From: Bacteroidales bacterium
GTDB lineage: Bacteria; Bacteroidota; Bacteroidia; Bacteroidales; F082
DNA: 49,664 nt
Direction: 5' to 3'
Assembly (NCBI GenBank): GCA_045628585.1
Contig: JAZQPN010000256.1
Span: forward strand, 1 to 49,664
Part shown: positions 1-8,609 of the stretch, one piece after another
How positions within the stretch are numbered: the stretch's first letter is position 1
Layout: each line of letters begins with the position of its first letter
Made by a program: the position numbers and the translations under genes
Notes under the pieces: generated by a model
Databases searched by the model: none
Seen by the model: the letters and a program-made list of their open reading frames with translations, nothing else
Told to the model about the DNA's origin: nothing

Positions 1-74
1 GCTCCGCTATGCTTCGGACTGCACGGCAAATGTAGGTAAATGATTCCCTCGGCGCTCTTTTTTACAAAACAAAA

Positions 75-136
75 TTTTCCTGCAATTTGACCTATAGAAG
101 CATAACTGCTATTTTTTTCCTGCAATTTGACCTATA
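75..136. repeat. Two exact 22-bp direct repeats TTTTCCTGCAATTTGACCTATA (75-96 and 115-136), 40-bp phase
   Basis: Read directly from the sequence. The spacer is 18 nt. Function unknown. Confidence 0.9.
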
Positions 137-188
137 CGCCAGTTTTTTTGCAGAATATTTTCGAATGGTTTTCTTACTAAAACAATGT

Positions 189-2438
189 TCAGAAAACGAC
201 GATTTTCTGCATCCTATCACCCATTCTCACCACATAAACGCCAGTGCTCAGATTAAGCGGTTGGTTGCAACTGCCCTTCACTGAGTGATTGCTGACGATG
301 TGTCCAGTCATGTCTATGATTTGCAGGGCACTTTCGCCTTCGATGAACGGAATCACCAGACGTCCGTCAGCGAAATAACAGAAATTGCCAGCAGAGGTTT
401 CGTCATCGTGGTGCAACTGATACACCAATTTGAAACGCGCTGCATAATCAGATGGTTTGGCAGTGAATATGCAGTTCGCAGAGTTTGCCGAAGCGACCAT
501 CAAATCAAGATCCTCACCCGTCAGGTTATCCACCAGATGCAGATAATCGAATTCGATGCCATTATTAGCAACGCTGATGGTATATTTTCCATTTTCGGAT
601 GATTGGAAAAACACAGGGATTTCACCTACAGTTTCATCGGCTGCATAATGCGCAATGGCATAATTCTTGGCATTTTGACGCAGATACAGCATCGGTGCAT
701 CGCCGAAATGAGCGATTTTGTTCAGGCCAATGCCTTCATTGAAATATACGAATGCCTTGTCGCAGCCTTGTTCGCCTTCAACCGCAATGGCAAGGCGGCC
801 TTCAGCTTTCGCACCGCGCGATGACGACGCTGCCACACCATTGATAGTCAAATCGCCTGCTACGGAAGTCTGGATGAGGATGCCTTGGCATGGAGCAATC
901 AGGTCATCATCGGTATGGGTTTCCCAGATGCCGCTGTGGGTCAAAGTATAATAGCCCGTGGCGAGACGTGCATCATCGATGGCGCCATCACTGCCCTTCT
1001 TGATGTTGTGCGCGTATGGATTGCCCACCAGGGCGAAGCCTTTCAGGTCGTCGGGACGGGAATCAGTATAAGTCATTGCGTATGTTGCAGTTTCCGTGTT
1101 CAGCGTTCCTTTTAGATTGACACACAAATCGTTGCTGTTGGCGTAGAGATAGCCGCGACCGCTTTCAAAACCAGTGAAATTGTTTTCAGGATTCTTGTAG
1201 TTGCGCCATTCCTTGGTGACAACGGTTTCACGGAAAAAGAACAAGTCGAAATCGGGCGACAGCAGGTTGCTCGACGAGGCGATTTCGCCCGTCACAGGCG
1301 AAGCTATGGTGTACCAGCCGTTTTTTTCCATTGCATCGGCATAAGCCAAAATGTTTTTCTGAACGGTAACCTGGACATCAGGCGAAGAACAAATCAACTG
1401 TGCGCCGTCTTCAATGATGAGATTGGAAGGATTCACCGTACTTAAACTTCCGATTTCCAGCACACTGCCAGATTCCACGACATACATCTTTGCCGCATCG
1501 GTCACAGTCAGTTCATCCATAATGCCGCTAATGACTTCGCATTGTGCGAAAAGAAAAAGCGTGTTTTCCGTCTGACTGCAATAAAACGAATCCTTGACTT
1601 CATCATAATACAGATAAAACGTATTCCCTTCCACAACGGTGCTAGTCCTGACTCCACCCGAAGGAGCGACCTCGATATCCCAGTTTGCAGGCGCACCGCC
1701 AAGCAAAATATTGCCAGACACATTCACCGACAGACCGCTACCATTGACATCATCAAACAATGTCCAGGCATCTCCGTTTTCATTCAAGGTGAACTGATAC
1801 GGCATATCGACGACCGTAGGATTAAAAGCAATGCCCTGTTCTGTCTTTTGATTGGCGAACACAGCATCGACTGCTGCACGGACTTCATTCTCGGCATCTT
1901 GGCAGCCCATCAGTTTTCCAGATCCATCGCAGGCATTGCCTATCACGAACTGGCGGCCTGGGACTAACATCCCTGCATCGCTTACGAGCTTGAAGCACTT
2001 GGTCTGTCCCGACGTTTCAAAATAGACAATGAAAGGATCAAAAATATCACCATAGTTATCACCTTCGTGAAAAGAAATTGTGGTAATGCAATTCAGTTCC
2101 AATTCCTTGCCAGCAGTATGGTCGTACAAGCGGAAAGTCACAATGTCGCCATCAAATCCAGAAATGACAGGGCCTGCCCAGTAATGCTGCGGGAACACCG
2201 ACGGTGGCATCTGGAAGAAGGAACAACCACGACAGATGTCGCCTGTGAAGGCGCCCAGTTCCAAATCGGGACGTTCCTGCTGCACACCATCAATGAAAAC
2301 CACAATGGTAGCTGAAATGGGATTTGTGCCCGAACCGACTGGGAAATAATGTTTTACATAAGGATCTTGTGCTTGCGCCTTAAAAGGAATGACAGCCAGA
2401 AGCACTAATAATAAAACTACTTTCTTAACTATATTCAT
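189..2438 (-). CDS. T9SS-secreted protein of unknown function, 749 aa
   Basis: Intact ORF, last gene of the minus-strand cluster (12-nt gap to the upstream gene). Signal peptide MNIVKKVVLLLVLLAVIPFKAQA. The C-terminal ~75 aa (...LQIIDMTGHIVSNHSVKGSCNQPLNLSTGVYVVRMGDRMQKIVVF) fit the T9SS type-A sorting-domain pattern. The N-terminus carries the shared FRLYDH module. Confidence 0.9.
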   Translation of the reverse strand: MNIVKKVVLLLVLLAVIPFKAQAQDPYVKHYFPVGSGTNPISATIVVFIDGVQQERPDLELGAFTGDICRGCSFFQMPPSVFPQHYWAGPVISGFDGDIVTFRLYDHTAGKELELNCITTISFHEGDNYGDIFDPFIVYFETSGQTKCFKLVSDAGMLVPGRQFVIGNACDGSGKLMGCQDAENEVRAAVDAVFANQKTEQGIAFNPTVVDMPYQFTLNENGDAWTLFDDVNGSGLSVNVSGNILLGGAPANWDIEVAPSGGVRTSTVVEGNTFYLYYDEVKDSFYCSQTENTLFLFAQCEVISGIMDELTVTDAAKMYVVESGSVLEIGSLSTVNPSNLIIEDGAQLICSSPDVQVTVQKNILAYADAMEKNGWYTIASPVTGEIASSSNLLSPDFDLFFFRETVVTKEWRNYKNPENNFTGFESGRGYLYANSNDLCVNLKGTLNTETATYAMTYTDSRPDDLKGFALVGNPYAHNIKKGSDGAIDDARLATGYYTLTHSGIWETHTDDDLIAPCQGILIQTSVAGDLTINGVAASSSRGAKAEGRLAIAVEGEQGCDKAFVYFNEGIGLNKIAHFGDAPMLYLRQNAKNYAIAHYAADETVGEIPVFFQSSENGKYTISVANNGIEFDYLHLVDNLTGEDLDLMVASANSANCIFTAKPSDYAARFKLVYQLHHDDETSAGNFCYFADGRLVIPFIEGESALQIIDMTGHIVSNHSVKGSCNQPLNLSTGVYVVRMGDRMQKIVVF
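192..416 (-). other. T9SS type-A C-terminal sorting domain (CTD) of the 749-aa protein
   Basis: The last ~75 aa show alternating beta-strand hydrophobics, G.Y.V and a basic/hydrophobic tail (KIVVF), typical of Por_Secre_tail-type CTDs. Boundaries are approximate. Confidence 0.7.
2019..2366 (-). other. Shared ~110-aa FRLYDH module, copy 1 (aa 25-140 of the 749-aa protein)
   Basis: DPYVKHYFPV..LELGAFTGDICRGCS..GDIVTFRLYDHTAGKELEL..FDPFIVYF aligns by eye with the copies at 3012-3350 and 40659-40991. I verified the FRLYDH codons at 2118-2135. Confidence 0.7.
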
Positions 2439-2450
2439 TGTCTTTGTCCG

Positions 2451-5400
2451 TTAAATAATAATAATCTTTTTCGTCAATACTTCGCCCGTCCCCATCGTAA
2501 TGACAACCGTATAAGTGCCAGTTGTACGAATCGGATCCAGTTCTATTGGGAAACGGTGTGGCTTGAATGACTGAACGAGAACGCCATTCAAGTTATAGAC
2601 TTCGACCTTGAGGCCGCGTTTCTGCTCCACACTGAAAGGATAAAACAAAGTGACTTTATCACTTCTATTGGCTGGTACTGGGCTAACTATCAATTCATTC
2701 TGCATTTCATAACTGTTTATCTTGTAAGTGACAATGCTATCGCAACCGTATTCGGTCACAAAATGCAAGACATAATCGCCTGGGCCGTCGAACACAATAC
2801 TGTCAAGCTCGAATGGGAAATCCAAGGCTATGGCTTCCTTCTGGTATTCGTAGGAAGGATTGACTGTCAACTGCAGTTTTACAATGCTATCATTTCCATT
2901 GTCATTGGTCAGTTCACGGAAATAGCTACCAGTCTCATTGGCACGGAAACCATTTTCGAGATAATAATTGCCTTGGCAAATCTCAGCCTCGATCAAATAA
3001 TCGTAATAGGTGTCAAATTTGAAGATATAAGGATTATCCATCGATCCGAATGTGGAATTCGGGGTAAAGACAACCTTTTGGTCAGTCAACACACGTCTTT
3101 CCTTACCCCGTTGATGATCATAGAGGCGGAAAGTAATGGCGTCACCTTCTAATCCACTGACATTCAAAAAGATTCGATAGGAATCAAGAGATTCTATGTA
3201 GATAGCACGTCCACTGCCACGTTTTTCAGCCTGACAAAATGCACCGACTTCAAGGGTATCCGAATAAATCAAGCGGTCGTCGAGTTGAATCATACCGACA
3301 AAAGTGATGTTTTCTGCAAAACGATGCTCATCAGATTTCCAATAAATTTCCGGCAAAGGCAAAGGTTCGCCGAAGCTGCGCGTCTGGTGCTGATATGTCA
3401 ATACTATGTCATCTGCATTTTTCGACATATACATATAGCCATTGCCAGGCTGCATCATGCTCAAGGTGCCATACCAACAGCCCAACGATTCGTAATAGTA
3501 AGCGAACTGATTCTGCGATTTCAAGATACTTCCGTCGGCGGGTGTCACATTCAACCCCGACATGGCGGTTGACACAGGGACCTGATAAGCCGATGGATAC
3601 GATATCCAGTTCCAGCCTGGACTTAACGGGATGTCGACATCCTGGCTGTCGACATAACAGCCAGTCAAATCAACCCGCTGGTGATCTGACACATTAATCA
3701 TATACATCGAAATGTTGTCGATTTCCGACAGATTGCCATACCAGTCTTCGCCACTACGCTGAACGAACTGTTGCTTGGACTTGATAAGCATGCCGTTTTC
3801 GCCCAACGCGTTTTCGAGGTTTTCCAAGCCACGGCCATTGCTTTGATCGATGTAGGTGGAATACCATCCCCATCCGGCAGCGAGGTCGTTGGATTGCGTG
3901 CCGTAGTCAGGATTGAGGCGAATGTTGACCGTAATCGTACTGTCGCAGCTGAAACGGTTTAGATAATGCCGTTGGAAAGTAGTGTCACATGAGAAAGGCC
4001 AACTGTTATAGATGAAAGGCAAATCCGTTGGACACACCAAATAGTTTTCCTCTAATGCATAAGCAGGATGTACCGTCAAAGTGAGGCGTGCAGTATCCAT
4101 GCAACGGTCAACGTTTTCCGTGTATTTTTCCAGATTCAGAACGATATTGTCATGCATATCCCAGCCCTGAGTAAGGGAGGATATGCTGTCGGCAGTGAGT
4201 CCGAAACCATTTTCCAAATAGTCGTCCCCAAAGCATATAGCATCATCGTAATAACTCGTTATTGGCTTAACGGCCTTGGAGATGCGCAAGCACACCACGC
4301 TATCGCAGCCCAAAGACGTGCTCAGCGTATCGTAAAAGACACCTTCATCGAAAAGGTAACTGCCGCCAAACATAACGCTTTCGCCTGGGCAAAGACGTGC
4401 ATAAATCATTGTCGGTTCTGGCTTCTCGGCAGGAGTGGCCGTCAGAACGAAATCCTTATCCAGATAGGAGTTCGTGATATCGGTGCTTCGCACACGAATA
4501 GTGAACGAATAGTTGCCCCGGCAGCGGAAGTCGTAATCGGTCACAAGGCGGTTGTCCTCAATGCGGAACAAATTGTTGTCGTTGTCACGGCTATTGACCA
4601 ATGAATATGTGAAGATGTCGGTATTCTGGTCGTCGAAAGTCGTAAACTCACCAATTAAGGTGCCGATAGCATCGTTTTCGGCAAAAACCGAATTGGAAAG
4701 CGTGATGTCGTATGGCGGTTTGCCTAATGAGTAATATAGTTCGGCAACGGTTTTGAAAGCCTCGCGATTTCCGACGTTATCAATGGCAAGTCCGATGAAC
4801 TCGAAATTGGTGCCGCCCGTCAGCGAATAGTAGAAAACGCTATCGGCGAAGACATTGGACACTAACTGATAGCCGGCATAATCGATGTTGGCATACAATT
4901 CGATATATTTGACACCCGAACCTCCGGTATCGTCAAGAGCGTCGAAACCAATGGTCAGCGATTTGGTCAGGAAAGCTCCCGTCGTGTCGCAAACAATGGC
5001 TGAAGTTGGCGCCACGACATCGAATGTGTTGACATAGGTGTTAGTAGGCACGACTTCGTTTTCATCGAAGATGATTTGTGCTTGTTCAGCGACAGTGTCG
5101 CCAGTGTGCAGGCCTGTGGCAGGCATGATGTTGAAAGTCACATAGCCTTCGCCGTTGCCAATCAAGGTATCGTTGACAGGCAGGAATCCGATACTGTCAA
5201 TTGGGGCAAGACCAGTAGCGGGATCAATGGACTGGAAAATCCAGAAAGCCTCGTCCGCGTCAACATCGATGCCAGCAGTGACATCGAGCCATACGCCGAG
5301 CGAGTCGGCCAAATCGATGCGCTGGTTGTAGTTGTTGGCAAGAGGCGGGATCTCGAAAGTATATTCGCCGAAGCCGAAGTTGCCCAGGCGGAAGCTGTTG

Positions 5401-7247
5401 CGGACGGCGTTGGGGTGAATCGGGCAAGTCACCTTGACGCGAGCAGCGGCAGCGGTGGCAAATTCGGGATCGTTCTCGAAGCGGATGGTGTAATTCATCT
5501 TGTCGCTGGCATTGACGAACTTTTCATCGCCGAAACCATCAGGGCCGAAGATTTCGTTGGGGTCGTTGGAGCACCACAGCGGCCTTTCATAGAGCTGCTT
5601 TGTGACTTCCTTGAATAATTCGCCACGCTCCCCTTCATCTGATTTCTTGTAAATACGATATGTGATTTCGTCAGTGACGTTTTTACCGAGAGCCATCCGC
5701 TGCAAACCGTGGCTGTATTGTTCATTGTACAAATCATAGTGCCACATCATCGTTTCGTAGGCGCCAAAACCACCCATGTACGGATTATAGGCTTCATACG
5801 GGTCGAACTGATGAATTGTTGGCGTAAACAGTTTACCTATGGGCGTTTCCCATTCATCTGTAAAATGGCTCACCGCCTCATCATATTCGGAATATGGATG
5901 GTATAGATTATCGCCATAATCAATGGCCAGCTGTGAATAAAACTCACCATAAATGTTGTTGCTATAAAGAGTGATGCCAGGAGTGACGGAAAGATCCATG
6001 GATGCCGTTGAAATCTTGAATGTTTTACTAAAGATGTATTTCGTATCATCCCAATTACATCTTGGATAAATTTTAAATTCATAATCGCCCGCACAAAGAT
6101 TTTCAAAATAAAACACATTTTCAGGGTCGACATGCGTGATTGTTTCGTTTTCAGACACATTGGTCAACTCAACCTTGTACCATTTATTCAAATCATCTAT
6201 CGGACAAGAAGCGCAAGTATCGTAATCATATACACTCGGATGAGTGATGGTCAATGTTCCATCACACGCACCTTCCAAAGATTCATTAGTCCAATCGAAA
6301 GTAAATTCTTCCAAATCCTCTCTTGTCTTCATGAAAAACTGATTAATAGATGTCTCAATATCCGGACACTCAGGATCGCTGACCGTATAGTGCCGAATCA
6401 CCAAATATCCATTCTGAGTTGATTCATCGCTAACAGCCAGTGACAAATTAGACGCATTGCAAGTATAATCAATGAAAACACCGTGATTTTGCAATTCGGC
6501 AACAGTCCTGTAGGCAGCTGGCAAATTATCTTTGAAGATTTCACCCTTGAGGGATCCCAAAAGTTTCAGTTTTTTGTTAAGCCGGATATATTCATGAATT
6601 GTTCCCAGATCACCACGACCCACGAGGGCAAGACACTTATCCGTGATGGTGTATGCGCGGTCGAAAATGGTAAAACAGCCAGCAGGCTCGCCCCACACCT
6701 CTGTAGTAACGGAGAGTTCCAGCTGCTCATCCTTTCCACAGGAAGAAACGATTTCAAATCCTTTTGCCCGCAAACCATCTATCGTCAACTCATCTGGCAA
6801 ATCTTCTTTGAAACAACCTGTCAATTCCGTATCGAAAGAACCAGAAACAGTGGGCTCATTAGATTCATCATAAGTCAAAACCGTAATGTTTTCGTGGAAA
6901 GTACATACTGTGGTAATATCCTCACAACGAAGCAGAACTACGTATTCCCTCTGGAAGCGGAAAGAGCAGTCGTTTTCTTCCAAAGGGGAATTTGTGTAAT
7001 GAGCAGAAACAGGATTACCATTACAATTGTATTGTGCAATCAGATCATCAATTTCGGAATAGCCGCGAAGGTATGTCAATATGGCTTCCGTATTGTTTTC
7101 AGGGTCGAAAGCATTAAATGACGTTTCACAGCTGGTTTCAAAACGGTCCATGATGTCAAAAGTCCACTCAACTACTTGACCGTAAGATTGAACAAATAGT
7201 AGTTGTAGTCCTACCAGCAAAAACAAGCATCGTCTATTCATAAACAT
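2451..7247 (-). CDS. Large multidomain T9SS-secreted surface protein, 1,598 aa
   Basis: Intact ORF with signal peptide MFMNRRCLFLLVGLQLLFVQSYG. It contains a cadherin-like repeat, five Cys-bracketed mini-domains, one FRLYDH module and a C-terminal CTD (VSPVPANRSDKVTLFYPF..LKVEVYNLNGVLVQSF..GTYTVVITMGTGEVLTKKIIII). Gap to the upstream gene is 19 nt. Confidence 0.92.
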   Translation of the reverse strand: MFMNRRCLFLLVGLQLLFVQSYGQVVEWTFDIMDRFETSCETSFNAFDPENNTEAILTYLRGYSEIDDLIAQYNCNGNPVSAHYTNSPLEENDCSFRFQREYVVLLRCEDITTVCTFHENITVLTYDESNEPTVSGSFDTELTGCFKEDLPDELTIDGLRAKGFEIVSSCGKDEQLELSVTTEVWGEPAGCFTIFDRAYTITDKCLALVGRGDLGTIHEYIRLNKKLKLLGSLKGEIFKDNLPAAYRTVAELQNHGVFIDYTCNASNLSLAVSDESTQNGYLVIRHYTVSDPECPDIETSINQFFMKTREDLEEFTFDWTNESLEGACDGTLTITHPSVYDYDTCASCPIDDLNKWYKVELTNVSENETITHVDPENVFYFENLCAGDYEFKIYPRCNWDDTKYIFSKTFKISTASMDLSVTPGITLYSNNIYGEFYSQLAIDYGDNLYHPYSEYDEAVSHFTDEWETPIGKLFTPTIHQFDPYEAYNPYMGGFGAYETMMWHYDLYNEQYSHGLQRMALGKNVTDEITYRIYKKSDEGERGELFKEVTKQLYERPLWCSNDPNEIFGPDGFGDEKFVNASDKMNYTIRFENDPEFATAAAARVKVTCPIHPNAVRNSFRLGNFGFGEYTFEIPPLANNYNQRIDLADSLGVWLDVTAGIDVDADEAFWIFQSIDPATGLAPIDSIGFLPVNDTLIGNGEGYVTFNIMPATGLHTGDTVAEQAQIIFDENEVVPTNTYVNTFDVVAPTSAIVCDTTGAFLTKSLTIGFDALDDTGGSGVKYIELYANIDYAGYQLVSNVFADSVFYYSLTGGTNFEFIGLAIDNVGNREAFKTVAELYYSLGKPPYDITLSNSVFAENDAIGTLIGEFTTFDDQNTDIFTYSLVNSRDNDNNLFRIEDNRLVTDYDFRCRGNYSFTIRVRSTDITNSYLDKDFVLTATPAEKPEPTMIYARLCPGESVMFGGSYLFDEGVFYDTLSTSLGCDSVVCLRISKAVKPITSYYDDAICFGDDYLENGFGLTADSISSLTQGWDMHDNIVLNLEKYTENVDRCMDTARLTLTVHPAYALEENYLVCPTDLPFIYNSWPFSCDTTFQRHYLNRFSCDSTITVNIRLNPDYGTQSNDLAAGWGWYSTYIDQSNGRGLENLENALGENGMLIKSKQQFVQRSGEDWYGNLSEIDNISMYMINVSDHQRVDLTGCYVDSQDVDIPLSPGWNWISYPSAYQVPVSTAMSGLNVTPADGSILKSQNQFAYYYESLGCWYGTLSMMQPGNGYMYMSKNADDIVLTYQHQTRSFGEPLPLPEIYWKSDEHRFAENITFVGMIQLDDRLIYSDTLEVGAFCQAEKRGSGRAIYIESLDSYRIFLNVSGLEGDAITFRLYDHQRGKERRVLTDQKVVFTPNSTFGSMDNPYIFKFDTYYDYLIEAEICQGNYYLENGFRANETGSYFRELTNDNGNDSIVKLQLTVNPSYEYQKEAIALDFPFELDSIVFDGPGDYVLHFVTEYGCDSIVTYKINSYEMQNELIVSPVPANRSDKVTLFYPFSVEQKRGLKVEVYNLNGVLVQSFKPHRFPIELDPIRTTGTYTVVITMGTGEVLTKKIIII
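2454..2696 (-). other. T9SS type-A CTD of the 1,598-aa protein
   Basis: aa ~1518-1598 contain P.PA....., V.VYN..G..V and G.Y.V motifs and end in KKIIII. Boundaries are approximate. Confidence 0.75.
2712..2990 (-). repeat. Two Cys-bracketed mini-domains (aa ~1420-1512 of the 1,598-aa protein)
   Basis: CQGNYYLENGFRANETGSYFRELTNDNGNDSIVKLQLTV and LDFPFELDSIVFDGPGDYVLHFVTEYGCDSIVTYKI. Pattern: C..(Y/F)..G......G.Y.......(G)CDS.V.L.L.V. Confidence 0.6.
3012..3350 (-). other. Shared FRLYDH module, copy 2 (aa ~1300-1412 of the 1,598-aa protein, internal position)
   Basis: YWKSDEHRFAENITFVGMIQL..TLEVGAFCQAEKRGSG..GDAITFRLYDHQRGKE..MDNPYIFKF. I verified the FRLYDH codons at 3114-3131. Confidence 0.7.
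3903..4400 (-). repeat. Three Cys-bracketed mini-domains (aa ~950-1115 of the 1,598-aa protein)
   Basis: CPGESVMFGGSYLFDEGVFYDTLSTSLGCDSVVCLRI; CFGDDYLENGFGLTADS..VDRCMDTARLTLTV; CPTDLPFIYNSWPFSCDTTFQRHYLNRFSCDSTITVNIRL. Confidence 0.6.
4437..4715 (-). other. Cadherin-like repeat (aa ~845-937)
   Basis: PPYDITLSNSVFAENDAIGTLIGEFTTFDDQNTDIFTYSLV..NNLFRIEDNRLVTDYDFRCRGNYSFTIRVRSTD follows the cadherin-repeat consensus (v.En...Gt.vg.l...D.d......ysl....f.i....l.t.....y.l.v...D). Confidence 0.6.
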
Positions 7248-7266
7248 TCAGTTTTAATCATTAACA

Positions 7267-8601
7267 CTAAAAATCTTGACATGCATCCCCCACTCCATTG
7301 CAATCTTCGTCTTCCTGGCCTGGGTTGAATACGTCAGGACAATTATCCCACATATCGGGGACGCCGTCACCATCCTGATCTTCGTCGCACACATCGCCGA
7401 TGCCATCGTAATCTGAATCCAACTGATCCGGATTTGCATTCAGTGGGCAATTGTCGCAAGCATCTCCATATCCATCATTATCACTATCAACCTGATTCGG
7501 ATTGTTGATAAAGGGACAATTATCCAGTTCATTAGGCCAGCCGTCACCATCCATATCGGGATCCAGTTCATTAAGCAAGCCGTCACCATCAATATCAGGA
7601 TCACACACGACGCCAGTATAGATCAAATTAATAACAAGACTGTCTCCGACATAAGTACTATCATACTCTATCACATAATCATTGGACGGATCGAACTGAT
7701 AAGGGCAATAGTCACACACGTCGCCAACACCGTCATTATCGGCATCAGCCTGGTCTGGATTGTAAGTATCCATGCAGTTGTCACAATGGTTGCCTACACC
7801 ATCCTGATCAACATCCTGTTGTCCTGGATTCGGAAAAGTAGGGCAGTTGTCACATTCATCTCCATAGCCGTCAGCATCAGTGTCTTTTTGCAACGGATTG
7901 TATATGCACGGACAGTTGTCATTCCAGTTGCTTATTCCGTCACCGTCCATGTCATCATCGACGAGCAAGGTAGATGCGCTGTAATTCGGCAGATATAAAT
8001 ATAGGTTGGTCAACACAGAGGAACTGTCTACAGAAGCTGCCATGCGCCAATTGCCATCAACTTCCTCAAATGAATAATATGTGTTGCATAAAACTGTATT
8101 GTCATGGTAGGCATCAACAAAAACGAAAAATCGTTCGCCTTGATGGAAGCCAAGCAACACATCGAATTTGTTGATGTCGTGAATCATGCCGTGCCATTTC
8201 TGATATAAGCTGTCAACAGCCAGGATTTCGGCAATTGCCGATGCATCCTGCTGACGGTACAGTTCACTCACCTGACGAGGATTTTCGCCACCATAAAACT
8301 TCAAGAGACGGGCCAACAATGCCGTCGGAGAATTTGTCTCAGCTGCGTTTTGTGTTCCGCCAGAACACCTCACCCATCGATTTGAGCCATTATTCATTGG
8401 AGGAATACCATCCAATTCATACAGCATATACGAATTGCAGATATAATGCTGACTATCATCATCAAACACGGTCATCGAATCCGCCTTGACGTTTATGGCG
8501 ATGTTATAATGTTCCTCAATGTATGGAGGGAAACAATCAGTTTGGGCAAAAGCCATGGCCGAAATTGCCAATAGCAATGAAATAAACAAGTATCTTTTCA
8601 T
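7267..8601 (-). CDS. Secreted thrombospondin type-3 repeat (calcium-binding) protein, 444 aa
   Basis: Intact ORF with signal peptide MKRYLFISLLLAISAMAFA. The C-terminal half is built from D.D.DG..D..DNCP units. It ends ...NGVGDACQDF with no T9SS CTD or OmpA domain. Confidence 0.9.
   Translation of the reverse strand: MKRYLFISLLLAISAMAFAQTDCFPPYIEEHYNIAINVKADSMTVFDDDSQHYICNSYMLYELDGIPPMNNGSNRWVRCSGGTQNAAETNSPTALLARLLKFYGGENPRQVSELYRQQDASAIAEILAVDSLYQKWHGMIHDINKFDVLLGFHQGERFFVFVDAYHDNTVLCNTYYSFEEVDGNWRMAASVDSSSVLTNLYLYLPNYSASTLLVDDDMDGDGISNWNDNCPCIYNPLQKDTDADGYGDECDNCPTFPNPGQQDVDQDGVGNHCDNCMDTYNPDQADADNDGVGDVCDYCPYQFDPSNDYVIEYDSTYVGDSLVINLIYTGVVCDPDIDGDGLLNELDPDMDGDGWPNELDNCPFINNPNQVDSDNDGYGDACDNCPLNANPDQLDSDYDGIGDVCDEDQDGDGVPDMWDNCPDVFNPGQEDEDCNGVGDACQDF
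7270..7962 (-). repeat. About 10 thrombospondin type-3-like Ca-binding repeats
   Basis: DDDMDGDGISNWNDNCP, DTDADGYGDECDNCP, DVDQDGVGNHCDNCM, DADNDGVGDVCDYCP, DPDIDGDG, DPDMDGDGWPNELDNCP, DSDNDGYGDACDNCP, DSDYDGIGDVCDEDQDGDGVPDMWDNCP, DEDCNGVGDAC. Confidence 0.85.
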
Positions 8602-8609
8602 ATTCCGAT

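Noticed and set aside
75-136. A CRISPR array at the window start.
   Set aside because: There are only two 22-bp repeats with an 18-nt spacer and no cas genes. The geometry is inconsistent with CRISPR.
7254-7439. Small overlapping or intergenic ORFs from the track (e.g. 7254-7439, 38805-39131, 41062-41394, 42769-42957, 47595-47855, 48178-48441).
   Set aside because: They overlap well-supported genes out of frame or span terminators and hairpins. Their translations are low-complexity. I saw no independent support.
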